A stretch of DNA of 64,000 bases from an uncultured virus (IMG/VR IMGVR_UViG_3300017771_000002). Taxonomy: Duplodnaviria; Heunggongvirae; Uroviricota; Caudoviricetes. Every line of letters begins with the position of its first letter. Within the stretch, counting starts at the first letter, position 1. The stretch lies in IMG/VR virus record IMGVR_UViG_3300017771_000002. One strand, given 5' to 3'. The notes beneath the pieces are model-generated. The model searched no databases and was not told the origin of the DNA. It saw nothing but the letters and a program-made list of their open reading frames with translations. Shown here in pieces: positions 57,486 to 64,000 of the stretch. Position numbers and translations under genes: made by a program.

Positions 57486-57520
57486 AAAACCCGTCCCTTT
57501 AAAAGGGGCGGGTTTTTGTT
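57486..57520 (+). terminator. Rho-independent terminator
   Basis: AAAACCCGTCCCTT-TAA-AAGGGGCGGGTTTTTGTT. Confidence 0.85.
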
Positions 57521-57530
57521 ATAATACATT

Positions 57531-58601
57531 GTGAAAAGCAATTCTATATTTAAGGATAGGTTGTACACCTTACCATCTAGCGGTAGGGTAACAGCTACTG
57601 AGACCAAAATAATCAAAAAGATTTTAACCTCTTCTAAATGCGACATTAAAGTGGACAAGCTTTGCTTGGTGTGTGTTGAAGAGGACTATGATTTCTACCA
57701 TATATACAGTGGGTCTAATATATTTGATTTAAAATTCTCATTAGACCATGAAAGTGAAAAGTTCAATAGGGAGATAAAAAACACAAAGCTTTGCAAGTCT
57801 AAATCTGTTCCAAAATATGTGGATAGTGGAGTTGTTAAAGTAGGAGATAAAATATCATATTTAATTTGCGAATCCAATAGCTCAGAATCTTTGTTTGATT
57901 ATGGGAGATCTCACCTATCATCTAATTTAGATTTATTTGTTGATTTCTATTGTGATTTTGCTTCAAACGGCAATTATAAATTGTTGCACAAAACCCTACT
58001 ATCCGACTCAATGAAAGAGGCGGATATGGAATCTATTTTCGACCTAGATCAAAAGTCTTATATAGAGAATCACTCTGATTACCATAAATGCGAAAATATA
58101 ATTAATGAATTAAAATCGGACATCTCAAGCAGATTAAACGCTTTGCCCAAAATTTACACTGGCAATATAATAGGAGATTTCGATAAAAATTCAGTTTTTA
58201 CTGAGGGAAGCAATTTTTCATTTAAAGATCTTAGGTATGGGTGCAAAGGTCATATGTATTCTGATATAGCTAACATCACTTTATATTACGGATTGAGTAA
58301 ACCTGTAGAAAAAACTCTCCTACAAAAAATTACTCAAAAAATGTCTTTAACTGTTGACAACAACCTGTACGATCAATTCTATGAATTAGAGTTGAGGAGG
58401 AAAGCTCTCCATTACCTTCTTCAATACCTTAAAGAGGTTTACGTTTATGAATCTTCTAGGATTGAAGTGATCATCAATCTGATTGATTCTTTTTCTCAAA
58501 GTTTCAATAGGGTCTGCAAGATACCAATAATCAAAGATAATAGAAAGTTTATTTTAAGTAATATCGCAGAGCCAATAATAGAATCTGACAGTAAAGATTA
58601 A
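57531..58601 (+). CDS. Degenerate APH/choline kinase-like protein
   Basis: FDLK..E..N...VPKY N-lobe pattern. IIGDF and FKDL sit at the HGD and IDW positions. Confidence 0.45.
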   Translation: MKSNSIFKDRLYTLPSSGRVTATETKIIKKILTSSKCDIKVDKLCLVCVEEDYDFYHIYSGSNIFDLKFSLDHESEKFNREIKNTKLCKSKSVPKYVDSGVVKVGDKISYLICESNSSESLFDYGRSHLSSNLDLFVDFYCDFASNGNYKLLHKTLLSDSMKEADMESIFDLDQKSYIENHSDYHKCENIINELKSDISSRLNALPKIYTGNIIGDFDKNSVFTEGSNFSFKDLRYGCKGHMYSDIANITLYYGLSKPVEKTLLQKITQKMSLTVDNNLYDQFYELELRRKALHYLLQYLKEVYVYESSRIEVIINLIDSFSQSFNRVCKIPIIKDNRKFILSNIAEPIIESDSKD

Positions 58602-58637
58602 TTATTGAATTGTGAGCCATTTTATATATCATCGTTT

Positions 58638-59123
58638 ATGATTGTTCAGCTTTACAAACCTAACCCCAGAAATACTGGTTGTGCTTTTAGTTGCGATATT
58701 GGCAGCGCCAACCAGAAAGGTGAACCTTGTGTTTATGTCAGGGCAGTTAGGCAATTTTCTTGGGACGACAAAAAGAAGACTGGTTCTTTCTCTCAAAACT
58801 CAAAAAACCCAGAAACTTCAATTTCAATTAAATTAAACGAGGTTGAAATCGGAGGTTTAATTTACGCTATTGAAAAAAATACCGAGTTCAAAGCTTACCA
58901 CTCTTACGAGGATAATAAAACCCAAATCTCATTTAAACCTTGGGAAAGAAATGGGCGACCAAACGCTTTTTCCTTTGGTATCATTAGAAATTCCACAAAC
59001 AAGTTTGGGATAGGAGTAGAAATGTCAGAAGCTTACTGCTTGCTTGAATTTTTTAAGTTCGCGCTGCAAGAGCTTTACGCTTATCGTTTGACTAAAAACG
59101 AAGAGATTAAATCGCGGCAGTGA
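58638..59123 (+). CDS. Hypothetical protein, possibly a Whirly/PC4-like ssDNA-binding fold
   Basis: Repeated beta-beta-beta-alpha pattern (SIKLNEVEIGGL / GVEMSEAYCL). TTGAAT-N16-TATCAT-N5-ATG upstream. Confidence 0.45.
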   Translation: MIVQLYKPNPRNTGCAFSCDIGSANQKGEPCVYVRAVRQFSWDDKKKTGSFSQNSKNPETSISIKLNEVEIGGLIYAIEKNTEFKAYHSYEDNKTQISFKPWERNGRPNAFSFGIIRNSTNKFGIGVEMSEAYCLLEFFKFALQELYAYRLTKNEEIKSRQ

Positions 59124-61009
59124 AGAAAAAAGTTTTAATTCACTCTAACTCCTGTAAAGCTTTTACGGGTTTTGGTAAGAACAAGAAGAATATCATGCGT
59201 TACCTGCATAATACAGGTAAGTATGAGTTGATTGAGTTGGCTAATGGGTTGGAGTGGTCCAACCCCCTACTATCTTTAATGCCTTGGAAAGCTGTGGGCG
59301 CTTTACCCCCCAGACAATCCTTACAAGGCATGGATCAACATATGCAAAGGGCAGAGGGTTATGGTCTATCTGCTGTTGACCGCGCTGTAAAAGAATTTAA
59401 GCCCGATGTTTATATCGGCATGGAGGATATTTGGGCTTTTAAAGATTATCATCATAAGCCTTGGTGGAATAAGATCAACTGCATGATTTGGACGACCTTA
59501 GACAGTTTACCAATCCTTCCTCAAGCTATAGAGTATGCGCCTAAAATTAAAAATTACTATGTTTGGGCTAGTTTTGCAGAAAAAGGAATGGCTGAACTGG
59601 GATACGATCATGTAAAGACTCTTAGGGGATCTGTAGAGCATAATAATTTTGTTCGCTTGTCAGATGAAGACCGCTTAAAATTAAGAGAGCGTCAGGGCTT
59701 GTCTGATGAATTCATTATAGGTTTTGTATTTAGGAATCAACTCCGCAAGTCAGTGCCAAACCTACTTGAGGGATTTAAAATATTTAAGAAAAATAATCCA
59801 TATTCAAAAGCTAAACTATTTCTACATACCCATTGGGTAGAAGGTTGGGATATCAGCAAGCTTATCGCTGAAAAAGGTCTAGATGCATCAGACATTTTAA
59901 CAACTTATGTTTGCTCTAAATGCAATACTTACACAGTTAAGCCTTACGAAGGGCAAGAAAAAGGTTGCAACAACTGTGGTTCCGAGAAGTCCGTAAATAC
60001 AACTAACACTCGCAAGGGTGTGGATGAAAAACAGTTGAATGAAATTTACAATCTTATGGACCTATATTGCCACCCGTTCACAAGTGGAGGTCAAGAGATT
60101 CCTATTCAAGAAGCTAAACTTACCGAGCTTGTAACTCTAGTTACTGATTATTCGTGCGGGGAAGATAATTGCACTGAAGAAAGTGGTGGCATCCCACTCG
60201 ATTGGAATGAGTATAGAGAACCCGGAACTCAATTTATTAAAGCGTCAACTTGCCCAATCTCAATCAGTCGCGAGATAGAAAATGTTTACAAAATGGCCCC
60301 CTCACAAAAAAGTGAGATGGGTAAAGTCGCTCGACAGTGGACTATTGAAAACTTTTCGACTGAGGTTATTGGTAAACAGTTAGAGGAGATGATCGACAAC
60401 ATGCCAGATGTTGATTATGACTACGAATCTAAATCAAGAGATTATAACCCAAAGTATGAAATTAAACAACATACTGATTTAACAGAGTTCTTAATAGATA
60501 TCTACAAGAATATATTAGATGAGGATGTAGATGAAAATTCTTCAGGAGTGAAGCATTGCGTAGGCAAGATGAAATCTGGGACCAAAGCAGAGGAAATTAT
60601 ACAACATTTTAGAAATACAGCTCAGCAGCAAATACAAAAAAGTCAAACTCCATCCTTGCAGGACTTACTTGGTGACAAAGATAAAGGCTCTAGAATTGCT
60701 ATAGTCATTCCACAGTCTGAAGTCGATGTCTTGTTGGTTAATTCACTGATGAAGAGGTTCAAAAAACAGTATTCTGACTACAATATTTATGTATTCACCA
60801 ACCCAGAATATTTCGAGTTGATTGAGGATAGTCCTTATGTACATAAAGTTCTTAGGTATTCGAAAGAGATGGAGAATACCTTTTCCCTAGAAGGCGCTGG
60901 GCAATCAGAAGGTCTATTTAGTGCAGCTTTTTATCCTCATGCAACAACTCAAAAATCCGTATGCTTTACGCATAACGGAATCACTAAACACGAATTTTCT
61001 TTTGCGTAA
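59120..61009 (+). CDS. Multidomain GT4-like glycosyltransferase (Zn-ribbon insert, C-terminal GT9-like half)
   Basis: TGFG, RNQLRK, CSKC..CNNC, HPFTSGGQEIPIQEA, and a C-terminal DVLLVNSLMKRFKKQY...Y.ELIEDSPYVHKV segment. Confidence 0.8.
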   Translation: MKKKVLIHSNSCKAFTGFGKNKKNIMRYLHNTGKYELIELANGLEWSNPLLSLMPWKAVGALPPRQSLQGMDQHMQRAEGYGLSAVDRAVKEFKPDVYIGMEDIWAFKDYHHKPWWNKINCMIWTTLDSLPILPQAIEYAPKIKNYYVWASFAEKGMAELGYDHVKTLRGSVEHNNFVRLSDEDRLKLRERQGLSDEFIIGFVFRNQLRKSVPNLLEGFKIFKKNNPYSKAKLFLHTHWVEGWDISKLIAEKGLDASDILTTYVCSKCNTYTVKPYEGQEKGCNNCGSEKSVNTTNTRKGVDEKQLNEIYNLMDLYCHPFTSGGQEIPIQEAKLTELVTLVTDYSCGEDNCTEESGGIPLDWNEYREPGTQFIKASTCPISISREIENVYKMAPSQKSEMGKVARQWTIENFSTEVIGKQLEEMIDNMPDVDYDYESKSRDYNPKYEIKQHTDLTEFLIDIYKNILDEDVDENSSGVKHCVGKMKSGTKAEEIIQHFRNTAQQQIQKSQTPSLQDLLGDKDKGSRIAIVIPQSEVDVLLVNSLMKRFKKQYSDYNIYVFTNPEYFELIEDSPYVHKVLRYSKEMENTFSLEGAGQSEGLFSAAFYPHATTQKSVCFTHNGITKHEFSFA

Positions 61010-62148
61010 TGTCTCACTTATTACATGAATATTCAAAGAGTTTAGGCGTTAAAGTTTCTAAGCCTGACCTTCAACAACACTTCTTCCCTTGTTTGGATGA
61101 AAAGTATATTCTGTTTTACAACAGCGAGCGGCAAGCCTCTAAAATATACAAGCACTACTCTACAGTATTTCAGTTACTGAGAGAAACTCTAGATAATCAT
61201 GGCATAAAAATTTATCAAATTGGTGGTGAAAACGCAATCACGGGAGTAAGTAGACATTTAAGCTGCGGCTTAAAAAATGAAGCTTACCTTGTTGCCAAGA
61301 GTATGTTATATTTAGGCCCAGACAGTTACTTGGCCCAATACGCAAGCTCTCAAGATGTTAAAACTATAACATTACATGGTAATAATTACGCTAGCAACAC
61401 CAAGCCATTCTGGGGAAGCTTTAAGGATAAAGCTTGTTTAGAACCTGATTGGAATTCAAACCCATGCTTTTCGGCTGAAGACCCTCAAAGACAGATTGAT
61501 TCAATTAAACCAGAGGCGGTTTGCAAAAAAATATTAGAATTTTGCGGCTTGGGCCAATTAAAATTTAATTTTAAAACAATTAATATTGGAGACTCTTACT
61601 ATCAAAAAATCGTCGAGGTAGTCCCCACAGCAATAACTAAAGGTCTACCCAAAAGCCTTTTTGTCCGTATAGACTACGGTGTGGAGGAAGAGGCTCTTTT
61701 GTATTACTGCGCTAATCATGAAGTCATATTGGTGACAGACCAGTTACCACAAATCAACATGCTCATACAGTTTCGTGAGAATGTAAAAAGAATCCTTTAC
61801 ACTGTTCAAGATAAGAATGATACAATCCCTGAAGAGTACTTTGAATACCTTAAAAAGCTAGGGATAGACTTTATTCTACTTTCAGACAAAGAGGATGAGT
61901 TACCCTTCTTAAGGAACAAATACTTTGAAATCCAAGTTCACCCAAAGCATGACGCAAGGGAACCTATTGTTTTCCCTGATGATGCAAAATTTTTAAGTAA
62001 TAAAAAAATCATTGAGGCGGATAAAGTTTACATGAGTTACGCTCATTACAAAAAAGGGCTTGACTCCTGCGATAAAGTATTGGATACTCCTGAATACTGG
62101 GAAGAGTCCAAACACTTCTATATTTATGAGCAAGAAAAAAGTAGCTAA
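61009..62148 (+). CDS. GT9 (RfaF-like) C-terminal-half protein
   Basis: HLLHEY...LGV...PDL, K.YKHY..V..L, IYQIGG, LYLGPDS...YAS and IDSIKPEAV. Confidence 0.6.
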   Translation: MSHLLHEYSKSLGVKVSKPDLQQHFFPCLDEKYILFYNSERQASKIYKHYSTVFQLLRETLDNHGIKIYQIGGENAITGVSRHLSCGLKNEAYLVAKSMLYLGPDSYLAQYASSQDVKTITLHGNNYASNTKPFWGSFKDKACLEPDWNSNPCFSAEDPQRQIDSIKPEAVCKKILEFCGLGQLKFNFKTINIGDSYYQKIVEVVPTAITKGLPKSLFVRIDYGVEEEALLYYCANHEVILVTDQLPQINMLIQFRENVKRILYTVQDKNDTIPEEYFEYLKKLGIDFILLSDKEDELPFLRNKYFEIQVHPKHDAREPIVFPDDAKFLSNKKIIEADKVYMSYAHYKKGLDSCDKVLDTPEYWEESKHFYIYEQEKSS

Positions 62149-62908
62149 GAAAGCCACCAAGAAAAAACTATTCGGACCCGATCTTTACAAGAGGGATGAG
62201 CATGGTCTCCTAGAGAATGTTGATTACGTCTTTAATGAAGATGGTTCGGTAAATTGGCGAGCTATGATTAAACCTGAGTTTCTTTACCCAAATCGGGATT
62301 GGTTCAATTATAGGAACAAGCCTGTACCAGACTCTTCTGACGGTTTAGCTGACAATCAGTTACTCATCATGCTTGGGGGCATTAAAGAACTAGCTCGACT
62401 TAGGGGTTTTGAGAATGTGTCATTTGAGATTGATAATGTATCTGAGAGTTACGTTGTCGCCTCTTGCGAAATCCTTTGGTCTGCTAATTATGAGAGCGGA
62501 AAAGAGCGGGTCGCTTATCAAGACGTAGCTAATGCTACACTAGATAATACAGACTCATTTGCTTCAAAATTTTTGGAGACGATAGCTTGCAACAGAGCTT
62601 TTGTACGTTGCGTTCGCAACTTTTTGAATATCCATATTGTAGGCGCAGATGAGATTGATAAGTCCAAGGGCGCTAATAATAGCATCTCTGTGGAGTCTGT
62701 GGAGGCAGCGGCTACTACACCTATTGGCCTTTTACAAAAAACTTTACTGTCTAAAAAGGGTGTATCCTCATTTGAAGATTTTATTGAAATGTTGAAGGTG
62801 TTTTGGAAGAACGAAACTTATAAAAATGAGGACGTTGCAAAATGGAAGTCTTGGAAAGATATCCCAAGTAAAGAGATTCGTAAGCTCATTGGGCTTTTAC
62901 ACAAATGA
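62126..62908 (+). CDS. Rad52/Sak-like ssDNA annealing protein (putative)
   Basis: LGGIKELARLRGF...VVASCEI...ANAT..N......ETIACNRAFVRCVRNFLNI...ADEI. Start ATG 62126. Confidence 0.55.
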   Translation: MSKKKVAKKATKKKLFGPDLYKRDEHGLLENVDYVFNEDGSVNWRAMIKPEFLYPNRDWFNYRNKPVPDSSDGLADNQLLIMLGGIKELARLRGFENVSFEIDNVSESYVVASCEILWSANYESGKERVAYQDVANATLDNTDSFASKFLETIACNRAFVRCVRNFLNIHIVGADEIDKSKGANNSISVESVEAAATTPIGLLQKTLLSKKGVSSFEDFIEMLKVFWKNETYKNEDVAKWKSWKDIPSKEIRKLIGLLHK

Positions 62909-63366
62909 TTAAAAGAATAGTTAGTGCAGAGCAGTTTAACAAAGCTGCTGACGATATTTCTGACTACTTAAACCTTAAGGAGGAGGATAATAACTATCAC
63001 TACCTTCTCCCAAATGGAGTTGAATCAATTAAGCAAGCTTTTGCTCACGACAAGATGTTGGCTTACAATGTGTTTGTGTGGGCTAACCTAAATAATTTAG
63101 GTAAATATGATGCAGGTATAATTTTCCTGAAGGATAAAGGCCCAAGGCATGGGCTAGAAATATTTTCAGAATACATCTGGCTTTCGAGTAACCCTCATGC
63201 TGGCTATAAGCTACTAGCGACAGCGATAAAATACGCTAGAGATAACGGTTTTGAGCATATACAAATGGGTTGCTCCGAAAAATCCCCAAACAAAGACAAA
63301 GTAAAAAGCCTTTATAGAAGGCTTGGATTCATCAAAGATTCAGAAAGTTACATAGCAAAATTATGA
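62905..63366 (+). CDS. GNAT-like acetyltransferase
   Basis: GYKLLATAIKYARDNG...SLYRRLGF. Confidence 0.7.
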   Translation: MIKRIVSAEQFNKAADDISDYLNLKEEDNNYHYLLPNGVESIKQAFAHDKMLAYNVFVWANLNNLGKYDAGIIFLKDKGPRHGLEIFSEYIWLSSNPHAGYKLLATAIKYARDNGFEHIQMGCSEKSPNKDKVKSLYRRLGFIKDSESYIAKL

Positions 63367-63524
63367 GTGGAAAAACTTGCAAAAAAATAAGAAAAGCATT
63401 ATCATTAATCAATGAAGACCCGACATCAAGAAGGAACTACAGAAGATTCAAGCGTCAGTACCAACGTGTCCCATCTCAACATAAATCAGACTTCATTAAA
63501 GCAACAGAAGGACTCTTCCAGTGA
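63363..63524 (+). CDS. Small basic hypothetical protein (53 aa)
   Basis: Read manually. ATGA overlap with the GNAT stop; MSGKTCKKIRKALSLINEDPTSRRNYRRFKRQYQRVPSQHKSDFIKATEGLFQ*. Confidence 0.6.
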   Translation: MSGKTCKKIRKALSLINEDPTSRRNYRRFKRQYQRVPSQHKSDFIKATEGLFQ

Positions 63525-63720
63525 ATGGTCTAAGCTGAAGGCGGGAGGTTGTTGGATCAAAAACAGTAAAAAAGGTGAGGCTTATTTATCTGGTTCTGCC
63601 AACCTAAGTGAAGAAGCTTTAAAAAAGATTGTTGAAAATGGCGGGAAGTTAAATTTCCACATTTATAAGAATGCTTTTCAAGAGGGAAACCAGCCTACTT
63701 ATAACTTCTATATACTTTGA
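63412..63720 (+). CDS. DUF736-like small protein
   Basis: GGCWIKNSKKGEAYLSG...IYKN......PTY. Confidence 0.55.
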   Translation: MKTRHQEGTTEDSSVSTNVSHLNINQTSLKQQKDSSSEWSKLKAGGCWIKNSKKGEAYLSGSANLSEEALKKIVENGGKLNFHIYKNAFQEGNQPTYNFYIL

Positions 63721-64000
63721 TTCTCGTCTCTAAGTCTTTGATTTTCTTCCCTTAAAAATTTGATCTCGATTTTTAATTCTGTGACTTGGACAGTTAGTTC
63801 ACTTATTTGAACTCTCATAGCCTCTTTTTCTTCAGAGGAGCTGATAAGTAGAGCTTCCAATTTACTCACTCTATCAATTAGGTTACTAAGCAGAACTCCC
63901 TCTGTTTGGTAATCTAATTTTTTTATTTGTTGTTCGGCACTTAGTCTGTGACTCATGTATTTCCATAAAGCTCCTCCGAATAGTGCTGACACTACGGATG
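63708..64000 (-). CDS. Membrane-anchored coiled-coil protein (partial, start beyond the right edge)
   Basis: ..SVVSALFGGALWKY hydrophobic segment followed by heptad repeats. Frame is open to the window edge. Confidence 0.6.
   Translation of the reverse strand, partial: SVVSALFGGALWKYMSHRLSAEQQIKKLDYQTEGVLLSNLIDRVSKLEALLISSSEEKEAMRVQISELTVQVTELKIEIKFLREENQRLRDENQSI

Noticed and set aside
1..64000. tRNA/rRNA genes, integrase, transposase, introns, inteins and stop-codon reassignment
   Set aside because: None recognised by eye. TerL, NrdA, DnaB and DnaE are uninterrupted and of normal or short length, and genes tile densely under the standard code. A tRNAscan/Infernal run would be needed to exclude small RNAs.

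Overview
This window is about 64 kb of a large, AT-rich, tailed dsDNA phage (Caudoviricetes, probably with a long non-contractile tail), densely coded in the standard genetic code. Left to right it holds: (1) the end of a leftward array of small early-type ORFs, the two complete ones each with its own promoter; (2) PhoH, a sigma factor, an ERCC4 nuclease, terminase, portal, protease/scaffold and capsid genes; (3) an inverted neck/tail-tube block, a 2393-aa tape measure protein (TMP) and tail tip genes; (4) Hsp20, a glycosyltransferase, SSB and a second sigma factor; (5) a class Id-like ribonucleotide reductase; (6) a ~9 kb nucleotide-sugar and glycosyltransferase island; (7) a replication module with RecA, DnaB, primase and a family C polymerase split over three genes; (8) a Clp ATPase, further glycosyltransferases and a Rad52-like protein. 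The most notable observations are a nuclease-like cargo domain bracketed by AASGYIPNFA peptide repeats inside the TMP, a phage pathway for a probable N-formylated amino sugar, a GT9-like enzyme split across two genes, a GTGTAA promoter-like motif with largely leaderless genes, and four tail-tube paralogs. All protein calls rest on motifs recognised by eye and on gene order; no database searches were run.
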